Positions 38,156-51,737 are shown, counted from the first letter of the stretch. The stretch: DNA of 64,000 nucleotides from Octopus sinensis (GCF_006345805.1 NC_043007.1:72168001-72232000); one strand, 5' to 3'. Numbers and translations: made by a program. The notes: generated by a model from the sequence alone, not told the origin.

Positions 38156-38382
38156 TTCACCCATAAGCGTTTAAAGCAGCCATATCAGGCCAAAATGTTC
38201 TAGCTGTTTTATATTCGAACTGGCGAGGTCCAACCTCTCACACCTACTCTACAATGTCCGTCTAAACATAAACAGTCAAACTATCGAAATTTCAAAGCTA
38301 CAAGATACAGTTTGATTAGTTCAAAATGGTTTGAATAAACAAGCATAGCATTTGACAGAGTAATCTGAATACTAAAAGGTTA
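38156..38382. mobile_element. Degenerate piggyBac-like MITE
   Basis: Right end ATACTAAAAGG-TTAA; left end TTCA-CCCATAAGCGT is an imperfect inverted match; TTAA terminus. Confidence 0.4.
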
Positions 38383-38505
38383 AAAGCTAGTTTTATGGAT
38401 ACTTCTTTCCAAAATCCCTATTTTGTTTTTCCCACGTGTGCTTGTGTAAGTTTGCAATAGCTAATGACCGAGGTTTCAGTGGTTGAAAACGTATTGAGTT
38501 ATATA

Positions 38506-38924
38506 TACCTATTTCTTTATTACCCACAAGGGGCTAAACATAGAGGGGACAAACAAGGACAGACAAAGGGATTAAGTCGATTACATCGACCCCAGTGCGT
38601 AACTGGTACTTAATTTATCGACCCCGAAAGGATGAAAGGCAAAGTCGACCTCGGCGGAATTTGAACTCACAACGTAACGGCAGACGAAATACCTATTTCT
38701 TTATTACCCACAAGGGGCTAAACATAGAGGGGACAAACATGGACAGACATAGGTATTAAGTCGATTATATCGACCCCAGTGCTTAACTGGTACTTAATTT
38801 ATCGACCCCGAAAGGATGAAAGGCAAAGTCGACCCCCGCAGAATTTGAACTCACAACGTAACGGCAGACGAAATACCGCTAAGCATTTCGCCCGACGTGC
38901 TAACGTTTCTGCCAGCTCTCTGCC
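38506..38924 (-). mobile_element. Family B SINE, head-to-tail dimer
   Basis: RC junction AAAGAAATAGGTATTTCGTC at about 38685-38700. Confidence 0.88.
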
Positions 38925-39995
38925 TTTTATATATTGAGTTATATATACCGTTAGAAAAAAGCAGCATAACTGTTTCTTGTAATGCATAAATATATCTAGT
39001 ATAAAATCTTTTCATGAACCCTTACAGTACTACTGTGGCTCACGAATTTACTATTTTGCTTTCATAGGCCCCTCCCCAACATTATATGTGTGGTTTGAGA
39101 GATCGCTGGACCGCGGAAAATTGTTGCTTCAAAAAATCCAACAGATGCCGAACCCTTCGTAACCACCCAACTTATTGCTGCATTCAGTTCTTTCTTTTCT
39201 GAGTAGTTTCGTGTATCCGAAATTCTCAACCACATGGTTCCGGGTTCAGTTCCACTGCGTGGCACCTTAGGCAAGTGTCTTCTACTATAGCTTTGGGCCA
39301 CCAAAGCCTTGTGAGTAGATTTGGCAGACGGAAACTGAAAGAAGCTCATATATATATATATACTTAACGGCAGACGAAATACGGCTACGCATTTCGCCCG
39401 GCGTGCTAACGTTTCTGCCAGCTCGCCGCCCTATATGTGTGTACATATATGTGAATGCATGAATGAATGTATGTGCGTGCGCGCGAGCGAAGCACTGACT
39501 TCAGCAGTTTGGTCCATGATATCGACACCAATACATCTTTCAGACTGCTAGTTATGTTTTTGAAGAATTGCTAATTTGCGAGAAATGAAGGAACATAATA
39601 TATACAATATCAGGCTTGAAAGCTGCCAAATAACATTATTCGTGGACGGCGACTTCAACTAGAGTGCAAATTTCTTTCCAGGCTGTGGGAGATGTCATTG
39701 CGCATTGCCATGCGTGTGTGTACTGCGTATGTTTGTATGTTTGTGCTGTGTATGTGTGTGCACGTGTGAGTGGGAGTGACTTTGAGTGTGCGTGTATGTT
39801 TATGCATGAGATCACCTGTTTCACAGATGCGTGAATAAGTCGTGTTTTACAAGGAACGTGTCAATATTTTGATGTGTTCAGGAAATGTTTAACAGAGACG
39901 TGTTACATAATGTGTATCCGAAATGCTGAAACTTAACTTTGAGCATCTAACAGAACATTGAGATTGCACATCTACAAAACACACACACGTATATA

Positions 39996-40070
<75 letters not shown>

Positions 40071-42556
40071 ATATATTATATATTATATATTATTATATAT
40101 ATATATTATATATATATATATTATATATATATATATATTATATATATATATATATAATATATTATATATATATATATATACATACATACATACATATATA
40201 CACACACATGTATGTATATATATATGTATATACATGCATACACACACATGTATGTATGTATGCATGATATATATAATACGTATATATAAATATACATATG
40301 CATATGTATACTTGTAAATATGCATAAATAAATAAATACCTACGTACACGCAAACACTATATTTGCTCGTAAGCGTTACCCCAGTTTTTCAGGTAAAATC
40401 AAATATAAAATAGCCCGACTTAAACTCGAATAAATATGGTATCCACACACACGCGCGCACACACCCACACACACACACACACCCGCACGCACAGACACAC
40501 ATATATTTTCATTGACCACGGAAGGAAGAACGGCAAAGTTGACCCCGGTAGGATTTGAACGAAGGACGCAGCGATCTGCTACCAAATGTCGTAAAGTGCT
40601 TTGTCCGAAATGTTTCTGGCAGCCCATCATAATTAAAAAAAAAAAAAAAAAAGACAAACCCCCAGCAGCAGCAGTAACAACAACAGCAACAGCCGTTCAA
40701 GAATTTGGACCTGGAGATCTCCATTTCCAGCGACTTCGAGGGCCATCTCCCAGTGGTGTCGGGCGTCAACGAAGAGCCCTCGACTACAACAAGACGACCA
40801 AAGTTTTTTTTCTTTCCAAGGTCTGGGGTCTCCCGCCCCTAAGCCCTAGACCATCACTTAATCACTCTTACCCGTCTTGTGGCTTAACAACAACAGCAAC
40901 AACGTAAAACCCCTCTGAAGAGGTCCAATAAGTTATGCATTTTATATCTTAGGGCAGTAGTTCTCAACAAATTTTCTACCCATGGCCCTCGTTAATTACT
41001 ATTTTATTCTGGTGGGCAGAGTAAAATAGGCTTTTGATGTTTAAGAACTAGTTTCATAGAAACTTCTTTCAAAATTCTCAATCGATGGTTATCATCACAA
41101 TTCCGGTATCTTCGCCATACTTGAGTAGTCAGCTTATAGGCGAGTGCCATTTTCCCCAATGCATATATGTGTATATACACAAATGGGTGAACAAACGGAA
41201 AGTAATATTTTTTTATATTCTAGTAACATCTGTTGAGATGGAGGTGTCCTTTACGCCCACGAAACTTGAAGTCATGTGGAGCTGAATTACAAAAAATACT
41301 ACAGATTGATGATTTGTAATTTTTACCTTGTGCTTCAATAATTCAGGGTTAGGATCTCTTCTGGAAATCTCGGGGGAAATGGCATTGTGAGCTGACTTCT
41401 CATACAAATATCCGCCCGTAGATACATGTTAGAAACAGTGTAGTAATATTGTTATTTAAGAACTTTTCCACGAAAAATATAAATTCTCCGTCGGTGATCA
41501 TTCAACTTGTCAAAAATAGCAACCAAATTACCTTTTAACTACATTTAACCATCTTCGAAAACAAGAACACATTCAATAACAGAAACTTGAGTATATTGAA
41601 TATAAGATGGAATGATCATCGCTAAAACTATTATTTATCATACATCTGTCAGACCAGACAAAGAATAGTACTCAATAATTGTACAATTAACTTCTCCAGA
41701 GTAAATAACTCAACTTTGAATGAATACCTTGACTTTACTGAAAAATCGAAGATAAAGTCAAACATTTTACTGGAAAATTCTCGTGGGAAATCTTTTTATC
41801 GGTTTCAGTAATTGGGATGCTGCCATGTTGGGGAGACCCACCTTGAAAGTTTTAGATGATCGTGCCGAAGCCAGTACTTATTTATTTCGAAAACTCGCTT
41901 TATCAGTATCTATTTATCGAATGGCTAAGTGGTCTTTTGCCGTAAAGCAGCTTAACTCGATACACCAATTTACAAACGGTATATACAAACATTGGTATAG
42001 GCATAAACATAGACACACAGTCACGAAGATTTCGGTTCAATTTCACTCTGCGGCATCTTGGGCATGCATTTTAAATCACTGATGTGGGTCAGCTCCAGTA
42101 TTATGAGTAGGATCGAGTGTATGGAAACTGCGAACAAGCCTATCAGATGACTACTATATAAACTACTACCTCTTTTTTTAAAAAAAACCTTCATTTGGAG
42201 CCTTCTGACCATGACTTACCCAGCTTTTAATTAAGAATCTCTAAGATTACATTATGAAATGTACCGTATTTTTCTTAAAATGGTCAAGTGAAATTAAAGG
42301 GATATCTGGCTGGTATTTGCGTAAGATCGATCGCTCACGTAGATTTTAGTAACTTGAGATGGATTTGATTTTGAAACCGAGTTGGGTAAAGCTAAACTAT
42401 TATTAAGTGTTCGTAGCTGTGTGGTAAGAAGTTTGCTTCGCAACCACATGGTACCAGGTTCGGTTCCATCGCGTGGTATCTTGAGTAAGCGCTTTCTACC
42501 AAATGCCTCGGGCTGATCAAAGCCTTTTGAGTGGATTTGGTAGAAACTGAAAGAAG

Positions 42557-42589
<33 letters not shown>

Positions 42590-43038
42590 AGATTATGATA
42601 GGTAATGGTGTCATTGAGACCCAAAGGTGTCAGATAATGCTGAATAAGTGCTATAGATGGACCGTAGTTAAGTTCCAAGTTCGGTGATTATGCGAATAAG
42701 GGGTTTAACGTTGGTCATATGTCAGCGTGTCTATATAAAATTTTTTTTTTGTAATGAAATAAAAAACCAAGGCAGTATACATTTTAGAACGTTTACAGAA
42801 ACACCTGTAAGACCTTCTTTCAATAAATGTTCTAAAATCTACACTGCCTAGGTTTTTTTTTATCTCATTACAAAACAAAAAATTAATATACGCGGTTTCC
42901 TGGGGTATCTTCTTAAATTGCCAAAACGGCGCATAATGGGAAAATACTCCGAAAGTAACATAACCCTGAAATGTGAATATATAATACAGTGAAAATTGTT
43001 TCCATTTATTTTTAATGATTACGTTATGTAACAATTCC

Positions 43039-43176
43039 ATTATTTACATTTGACGAATATTTGTCCTCATCTTGTTTGCTGTTAACACGTTTCGGCTGAT
43101 ATACCCTCCAGCCTTCATCAGGTGTCTTGGGGAAATTTCGAGCCTAGGTTCTCATTCCAAAGGTATTTTTCGATGC

Positions 43177-43209
<33 letters not shown>

Positions 43210-43430
43210 CATTATTATTATTATTCAATACACTGCCTGGAATCGAACTCGGAATCTTGGGGTTAGTAGCCCGCGCTCTTAAGCACTGCGCTCAAGACAT
43301 CTGAAGAAGCCTGGAGAGTATATCAGCCGAAACGTGTTAACAACAAACAAGATGAGGACAAATATTCTTCAAATATAAATAATGTAAATAATGTACAAAA
43401 TTGCTCATCTCTTAAATATAGAACTGTATA
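43039..43430 (-). mobile_element. Composite: tRNA head + (AAT)n + hammerhead-like tail (minus strand), plus an inverted second tail (plus strand)
   Basis: RC B-box GAGTTCGATTCC near 43240-43251; CTGATGA-A-GGCTG..CAGCC-GAAAC at 43089-43121 (RC) and CTGAAGA..CAGCC-GAAAC at 43301-43333; TAACAATTCC direct repeat at 43029-43038 and 43431-43440; second head copy at about 54080-54165. Confidence 0.75.
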
Positions 43431-43796
43431 TAACAATTCCTTTTGCAGTTTTGTAGAAGTGTGCACATATGCCATAAATAAATGCTATTACTAGAGTTTA
43501 TCCAAGAAATTCTATTTCCATTAGATGCTGTAAATAATCAATAAAACCTTAAAACATGAACTTGTAAACCAGACCTAGAATGACACGAACGAATTGCAAT
43601 ATTTTACTGAATCATCATAAAATTAAATTTCATTTCAATGCAATGTTGAAATCAGCTTCAATGTTTTATAACCTGTTATAGCTGTTAAGATTAAAAGAAA
43701 AAAAGGATGTATCAGTCTCCGTATTCTTTGTAATTGTTTTGGATTTACATTCTCGAAAATATTCTTTATTCAGCAAAGTAAACCCGGATTTACCCA

Positions 43797-44830
43797 TCAG
43801 AAGAATGGGCATCCCTGACGGACCAAACACATAATACAGGACGGTTCCGACAAGGAGCCATTTACTACTCTGACCACTGAGTAAATATCACTGTATATTG
43901 CAGCGATCCAGCTTCTGAAGGCGGGCCCAAAACTAGTCGCCTCGAGGCCCACCGCAAGGAATTGATGATGGTCAACCCTATCGGAAGCTTTCGTCTGATC
44001 TAAATTCATCATGACCCCACGCATAACAGGTTCATTACCTCATCCTTTCTATGATGTCTTGCGTGAAGAGAAGGTTGTCGTGGATACACCTATTGGGTAT
44101 GGCGTATGTTTAAGCTGCATCTACCGATTACAAGCGCTAACCTCTGGCCAAAATCTTCACCTCTGATCACAGCTCTCAGCTGGTCAGCCAATACGGTCGG
44201 TATGTTCCATTATGGTGTTCTATAGAGAAATAGTGGTGGGTAAATGCAATGACGTCTCGAGGCAACTTTCGGTATGGATGAATTGGGTGATGTTTTTCGA
44301 CTTTCGTGCCTGTGCCCGTAGATGATTGTCTAAAATCTGATAGTACTACCAAGTGGCATTGCTGGTTCGGAATAGACTCTACAGGCATGGAAACATTGTC
44401 AATCAGATTTGCCCGACATGTGCGCAGAGTGACGAAACCGTTCTGCACGCGGTCGCATAGTGCTTGAGCAATTGATTACTTACGGAATTATATCGAACAG
44501 CTGCTATCACGTGTCGGTCGGATGCAGTTATAAGCCGACTCTATCATGAAGATTGCCCTGTAGCCTTCTTTTGATCGCGAAGTACAGGCAGATTTCCTCT
44601 AGTGGCTATGGTGAAAAAGATTTTGTAGTGGGCACGACTGAAAGGACTGAAGACAGACGCTTTCCTTTGCAGCCTTGTCCTCATTGTATTTTTTCAAGCT
44701 CCACTTGGAAAGGAAAGTGAAGTGGAGAGGGAGACGCTGCTTCCATCTCCTCAGTAAATGTTTAAAACAGTGGGTGAACGTAACGAGAACGGCCAGAGCT
44801 GAAAAATACAACGGAAAGAGGTGCATTTGC
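43797..44830 (-). pseudogene. L1/Tx1-clade LINE reverse-transcriptase relic
   Basis: RC peptides TYAIPNRCIHDNLLFTQDIIE, MMNLDQTKASDRVDH, FGPAFRSWIAAIYS, VRQGCPF match the L1/Tx1 RT pattern (TCAIPGR.I.DN, LDQ.KAFDRVDH, VRQGCPLS); many stops and frameshifts. Confidence 0.85.
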
Positions 44831-44914
44831 CATGGTATTCCTTGTGCGTAGGGTGAGTTTGGATCTGTAGGTCCCTTGGTCGCCCTTGAGGGGCTTTTCC
44901 CTCTATTTTTTTTA

Positions 44915-45420
44915 TTCTTTTATTTGTTTCAGTCATTTGACTGTGGCCATGCTGGAGCACCGCCTTTAGACGAGCAAATCGACCCCAGGACTTATTCTTT
45001 GTAAGCCTAGTACTTATTCTATCGGTCTCTTTTGCCGAACCGCTAAGTTATGGGGACGTAACTGGCAAATGCTTAGCGGTATTTCGCCTGCCGCTACGTT
45101 CTGAGTTCAAATTCCGCCGAGGTCGACTTTGCCTTTCATCCTTTCGGGGTTGATTAAATAAGTACCAGTTACGCACTGGGGGTCGATATAATCGACTTAA
45201 TCCGTTTGTCTGTCCTTGTTTGTCTCCTCTGTGTTTAGCCCCTTGTGAGTAGTAAAGAAATAGGTATTTCGTCTGCCGCTACGTTCTGAGTTCAAAATTA
45301 CGCCGAGGTCGACTTTCCATTTCATCCTTTCGGGGGTCGATGAATTAAGTACTAGTTGAACACTGGGGTCGATGCAATGGACACCCACCTCTTCCAAAGT
45401 GTGGCAAAATTTGAAATTAT
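44915..45420. mobile_element. Family A tail (minus) fused to a family B dimer (plus)
   Basis: Family A homology stops at GGGGACGTAA (about 45061), then GCAAATGCTTAGCGG of family B; multimer junction at about 45262. Confidence 0.8.
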
Positions 45421-45425
45421 TATTA

Positions 45426-45457
<32 letters not shown>

Positions 45458-46367
45458 CGTGGTGTTATTATTATTGTGTGCTTTCAGTGCACTACCGAGC
45501 GCAGCTCTGTGTGCCTTGGGTATGTACTGTGATCTGTTTGGGTATTGTTATTTTTATTGTACTGAAGGAGCTCTACATAGGATGTGTGTGGTGCCAGACA
45601 GTGCTATACATATTCATAAGCGTTGGAGATTTCGGCTATGCATCAATCTGGGGGTAGATGGTTTCAACGGACTCACTTCTTTTAAAATTGCTAGCATTGT
45701 ACCTAAACTAGTAACCATAATTATTATCATTAATATTCGAGTTGTCTTCAGAGGTCGAGTCTTTAGAATGAATGTTTGTCACATTTTAAGCTGTAATTTT
45801 CCTTAATTGCTGTTATAGGGTAAACAATAACAACACCTACAACAGCGACATTGTTGTTATTATTTAACTCCAGCTCAACACTGATCGAAGAGAACAACAA
45901 AGAAATCCTATTATTGTCCTCTTTTTCCATGTATCATATGCATGATCTAAAGTGTAACTTTCAGGGGTATTTGACTGCTGCATCAAACAGATCGAGCCAC
46001 CACTAGCTACAAGCTCCCCCATTGGCCTTAGAAGATGATAAATAAAGTGACAATCATATCCCAAGCAAATTTAATGTTATTAGAAATAATATATTTCCAT
46101 TGATAACAAAATATTGTCATTGCAAAGAAAGAAATATTTTCTTTCTAGTCAAGCATTACTTGTAGTTTATATAGTTCTTAGATAAGATTCTGGAATTTTT
46201 TCCGCCTTTTTAATGGGGGATCCCATTTAGAGAAAAAAAGAAATTGCGTGTGTATGTGTATGAGTGGAAAATAGTTTGTAGATTGTGCATGTGCTCTGTT
46301 GGCTTGAACATAGGATTTTATAGAAGATTATAATAAGAGATATATCTTAATACTGATGCAATGGTAG

Positions 46368-46467
46368 NNNNNNNNNNNNNNNNNNNNNNNNNNNNNNNNN
46401 NNNNNNNNNNNNNNNNNNNNNNNNNNNNNNNNNNNNNNNNNNNNNNNNNNNNNNNNNNNNNNNNNNN
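46368..46467. other. Assembly gap (100 N)
   Basis: Run of N. Confidence 1.
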
Positions 46468-46530
46468 AAGAGAGCAAATAACAACATAACTACCCAAAGT
46501 CAAGAGACACCACTTTATGTATGAATGTAC

Positions 46531-46585
46531 CTTGTTTGTTCCAGACTGCAAGATTGATGCAGCAGGGTATGATGCACAGCATCAC
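46531..46585 (-). CDS. Candidate 55-nt internal exon, product unknown
   Basis: RC AAATTTTCCTTTACAG|...AACAAG|GTACAT: good acceptor and donor, two open frames. Confidence 0.3.
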
Positions 46586-46684
46586 CTGTAAAGGAAAATT
46601 TCAGGATAGGTCGAAACGATCGGCGTACAAAATAGTTATACCATTCCAATTTTTATTTACTTTTCAATGAGATATATATATATA

Positions 46685-46755
<71 letters not shown>

Positions 46756-46783
46756 CATATATATATACATATAATATAAATAC

Positions 46784-46815
<32 letters not shown>

Positions 46816-47027
46816 ATATGTATATATTAATATACATACATACATGTATACACACACACACACACACCATACGCGTATATATATATATGCATAGATTACT
46901 CTGGCCGCCTACATTGGACAGTTTGTTACCCAGGTTTGATATTTCCAGACTGCTTATAAAAGTATTCGGTGGGATTTTTTTATCCCTTTTGTCTTTGTAC
47001 AGTTTTGAGCCCTATGTGATATAATAC

Positions 47028-47064
<37 letters not shown>

Positions 47065-47066
47065 GC

Positions 47067-47117
<51 letters not shown>

Positions 47118-48175
47118 CATATATATATAACATATATATACATATAAATATATATATACCTATATATAACATATTATCTATATACATATATATATACATA
47201 TATATACATATATATATATACATATATATATATAATATATATATTATAAATATATATAGAGAGAGAAGAGAGAGAGAAGAGAAGAGAGATATATTTATAC
47301 ACAGACTTATACACTCTCATGAAATAGCTATTATCTTGATAAAATACAGTCTTTAAGTTCACAAGTCATTACTTCATGCAACACAGACGGCTTTTTAAAG
47401 GTACAGCATTCTTATAGAACTAACGAACACTCTACAGCAAACGATAAACGCCAAGTTGGTTCACATTAACGTGTAAAAGGAGATTTCCGTGACACAGGAT
47501 CTTCTCATATTTTTGCATTATTTACAACACAGATAATAGTAACTGTAAAGTTTCGTTAAATAATTTCCTATTAACTCATGAAATGTTAAGTAGAACACAG
47601 CCAAGAGTTGTTCTGATAACCAGGTTATATAACAAATTAACTATGGCGCCGGACAGTGTCATGTAATCATGCAGGATAACTCTGCTTCTGGCGATGGTGG
47701 TAGCGGGGGCATACAGAGTTTCTGCGAAAAGAGTCCGCCATTGAGAGTCAAGTGCCATTTGGACTGTATCAAACTGTATCAGTTGTATTCATTTAAAAAT
47801 AGGGGAGAAACGTTAACTCGACATTTTTGTTCGCGTAAGAAAGAAGATTCATGTTTCAAGCTGTTCAGAGAAACTTGTAACAAAATACTGATTTGTTTTA
47901 ACATAATACAAGGTAAATTATAAAGTAGGGTTTAGCAGATTTCTTAAATCCAGGAGATCACTGGTATAATTTCACCAAATTCAGTGGAAGGCTAGTATAG
48001 TAGTATGCAGCGTTATCTTTATACGAACCAACAAGGAACAAAATTTGTCATCGTGAAGCAGCCATTTTGCTATCCTAATGTATTTTCTAGCTGCGCTGTT
48101 TTAGTTTCCTGTATAATTGTGATAAATGAAAAGCATCCACGAATTCAGATCTATCCATCATTGATTTTTTGTTAC

Positions 48176-48253
48176 GTGATAGCAGCTCGATGACATGAAG
48201 ATTATTCATGTCCGTAGCAAAAGTATTGCTGTTTGACACAAGCAGGATATCAA
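48176..48253 (-). CDS. Candidate exon (VDILLVSNSNTFATDMNNLHVIELLS); may instead run to a stop at 48087
   Basis: RC TTTTGTTTTGTTTTAG acceptor, phase-compatible with 49545-49746; donor CAC|GTAACA is weak. Confidence 0.25.
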
Positions 48254-49544
48254 CTAAAACAAAACAAAAACAAAAACAAAACATTCTCAGGGGAATAAAA
48301 GAAATGTTTTTACAGTTTACTAGTTGATATATTTTATTTGATACAATTTAGTCATCGGATACATTGAAATCATCAACACATTATTTTCAGTTTCTTTCAG
48401 TAATAAATATGAATGAAATGAAATTCAAATCTGGCTGCTACACGTTATCAATTTATGCTAAAGACAAAAGCTCGCTCTATGTTCATGCGTGCCTATCTTG
48501 ATATGTATGACCGAAATGAAAAACATTGAGACGTATTAATTGTATTTAAACACTTGGGTTATTTATCATACTGGCGTTATGTTTCGGTCATTCAGCTCCT
48601 GAAGTTACGGATTTATATTTTATCCCTGGTATTTTCTGTTCATCGAAGTGTGCAAAAACTTTCATTGTCTTGTGAGTAAAGCTTTTTCGGGCGGTTGTTC
48701 AATGCTTTGTTAGTCATAAATGGTGGAGGGAAATTGTGCAGCCGTCTGTCTGTCTGTCTGTCTCCGTCCGTCCGTCCGTCCGTCCGTCCGTCCGGATTTT
48801 ATAAATTCTCCCATACATGCAAAGCCACATATTCAGGTTCGAGTCCTCGACTAACAGCTATTTTTAAAAATAATTACATTACTTTAGTTATATCTCGTTT
48901 ACCACTCTCTATATTTACTAAACTAATATTAATTGGCACATCCCCCGAAACGGCCCGTAGATGGACTTCAGTATATCTTATATTTTTGTAAGCTTGTATA
49001 TGTATTATATTCTATGTACTATTCGCCGGAATTTTATTCGTCTTTTGATATGCCATATTTTTATTTTATTATCATTATATTTATTTCTCTTATTCTAACA
49101 GTTTTAAGCGTGTTATGTGCAAAATTTATATTTATATTTATATCTTTATTTGTATATGATACTTATATATTACTGAATTAAAATTTTTTTTTAAATGTCG
49201 GACTGCTTAGATATAAATTAGTATATAGGATTTGCATGTGTTTGGTCTATCTTTGAATTTTGTGATGTTCCTGTGGTTGTTGCTCGCATTGCCTCCCCTT
49301 GATAAAAAAAGTGTAGAAAGATAGATATAGATATGCACCTACATATATCTGTCGTCTGTTTTTATGTATGCATGTATGTCTGTTTGTATGTGTATCTACA
49401 TCTACGTATTTGTGTTTGGGGTAACACTGTTGTTTATGATGAGCTTCTTTACGTTTCATAACTTAACAATATGATATATAGAGATCGATCAAACAAGTAA
49501 GGAATTGATGTGGTCGACCGAAACCATCGAAGATTGTGTCTTAC

Positions 49545-49746
49545 CATGATTGATGTTCGGTAACTGAATAAAATACCAAACTATCTGACTCTTCCAATCA
49601 ATTGGAATTGCTTCAACCTCAAAAACTGAATTCCGTTTCTCGTTTCCATCAGATCTGCACAAATCCCCAAATTCTCCATCGCGGAGGGTTAACATTTTTA
49701 CGTCAGTCCAAAAACTGTACCATCTGTTGAGTTTTACAGATTCTTT
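49545..49746 (-). CDS. Candidate 202-nt coding exon (KESVKLNRWYSFWTDVKMLTLRDGEFGDLC...EVEAIPIDWKSQIVWYFIQLPNINH)
   Basis: 67 open codons in AT-rich DNA, TAG acceptor, strong CATG|GTAAGA donor; no homolog recognised. Confidence 0.4.
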
Positions 49747-49769
49747 CTAATATATTTATTAAGAAAAAG

Positions 49770-50160
49770 GTTACGAGCTAGTAGAATCGTTAACGCGATG
49801 AGCAAAGTACTTAGCGGTATTTCGTCCGCCGTTACGTTCTGAGTTCAAATTCCGCGAGGTCGACTTTGCCTTTCATCCTTTCGAGATCGATAAATTAAGT
49901 ACCAGTTATGCACTGGGGTTGATGTAATCGACTTAATCCGTGTGTCTGTCCTTGTTTGTCCCCTCTGTGTTTAGCCCCTTGTGGGTAGTAAAGAAATGGG
50001 TATTTCGTCTGTTTTCACGTTGTGTTCCGCCGAGGTCAGCATTACATTTCATCCTTTCGGGGTCGATAAAATCAGTATCAGTTGAACACTGCGGTCGATG
50101 TAATCAACTTTGCCCCTACCACAAAATTGCTGGCCTTGTACCAAAATTTGAAACCAATAT
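49770..50160 (+). mobile_element. Family B SINE plus partial second unit
   Basis: Junction AAAGAAATGGGTATTTCGTC at about 50000. Confidence 0.8.
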
Positions 50161-51143
50161 ATTTATTAAGAATATTACTCTTTATAACAGCTTGGAACCC
50201 AATATCAGCAACTAATTCATCAGGAATGTTGCCGTTTCAAAGACTAGCTCTAACATCAATCTTCTTAAGGTTTAATTATTGCAATGTTTGGAGCAAAAGA
50301 CTTACAACTTCTCAACCGCAACCGTGTATTCTGTTCTTTTGCCAAGTGTATTTCTACCAATGTCTTCTAACCGTACCCACTTAACTTTTTCGACCCACCC
50401 AATACTTAATTAAGTGATTTACCTTCTAATACACTCACAGCAGTAATAAATTCCGCCTAGCGAACCGCACTTCTGCTACACTAGTTTCTCCACGAAACTT
50501 AAGTACTTCAGAATCCGCACATTCATTTAATTCTTATTGAAACCAAGATTTTTAACTACGCCACATTTTTCTGTCTGTCTCTCTGCCCGTCTATCTGTTT
50601 GTCTGTCTTTTTCTTTCATTTTCTCACCACAATATTCGCTCTTCCTTATTCACCGTTCATTCTATCATCTTATCTATGGAATACCAACTTAATTGACCAA
50701 TCTCCAAGCTATACTTCTGACTTTCCAAACAGCCTCAATTTTCGTATATCCAAAGCAACTACCCTGATGGAAACAATAATTAGCAAATATCTCATATAAT
50801 ACTTTAAATGTCTTTTTCTAAGTGTTTTAACACATGAAGAACCCGATGACCGTCTCTTCTGACTCATACACTCAAACTTTGTTGTTATTATTGAGTGAGA
50901 GAGCAGTGCATATCATCAAAGTGGCACTAGGGTAAAACTGGTAATTGGGTACCTTCGCTGTTGATGTATACCCATCATGAATCACAACCATATATGCACG
51001 ACATATATACCAAGACAAAACAATGTACATGATAACACTTCCAATCAGTTAAGATCAGAAGCCACGGGAGCCACTGCCTGGTACTGCATCAGGGCATTTT
51101 ACTATTATTATTATTATTATCATTATTATTATTATTATTATTA

Positions 51144-51737
51144 TTGACAATGTTGTCAAGAAAATAAGTCCCAGTTCAGCACTAGGGTCGATGTAATCGA
51201 CGTACCCTTTCCCCCAAAATTGTTGGTCTAGTGCTAAAATTTGAAACCATTATTAAAGACGACGAACTAGCAGAATCGTTAGAATCTTTACATTCTGAGT
51301 TCTAATTCCACCGAGGTCGACTTTTCCTTTCGGGGTCGATAAATTAAGTACCACTTAAATAGTGGTGTCGATGTAATCGGTTTAACCCCTCCTGCCAAAT
51401 TCGAAGCTTTGTGCCTATAGTAGAAAGGATTATTATTATTATTATTATTATTGACAATGTTGTCAAGAAAATAAGTCCCAGTTCAGCACTAGGGTCGATG
51501 TAATCGACGTACCCTTTCCCCCAAAATTGTTGGTCTAGTGCTAAAATTTGAAACCATTATTAAAGACGACGAACTAGCAGAATCGTTAGAATCTTTACAT
51601 TCTGAGTTCTAATTCCACCGAGGTCGACTTTTCCTTTCGGGGTCGATAATTAAGTACCACTTAAATAGTGGTGTCGATGTAATCGGTTTAACCCCCTCCT
51701 GCCAAATTCGAAGCTTTGTGCCTATAGTAGAAAGGAT
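51144..51737 (+). repeat. 307-bp tandem duplication of two SINE-B-derived fragments between (TAT)n tracts
   Basis: 51144-51430 is almost identical to 51451-51737. Confidence 0.95.

Noticed and set aside
40952-41080. hAT/Charlie-like ends (CAGTAGTTCTCAAC; related pieces near 38095 and 60290-60420)
   Set aside because: Only one degenerate end per locus, with no paired TIR or TSD
45488-45519. 32-nt micro-exon candidate (TTTCAG...TGG|GTATGT)
   Set aside because: Too short to evaluate; all three frames are open
46318-46551. ORF spanning X residues
   Set aside because: Artefact of the 100-N gap
47669-47923. Plus-strand 84-aa ORF with an AAG|GTAAAT donor
   Set aside because: Weak acceptor, no recognisable motif, and the antisense frame is similarly open; cannot be distinguished from chance
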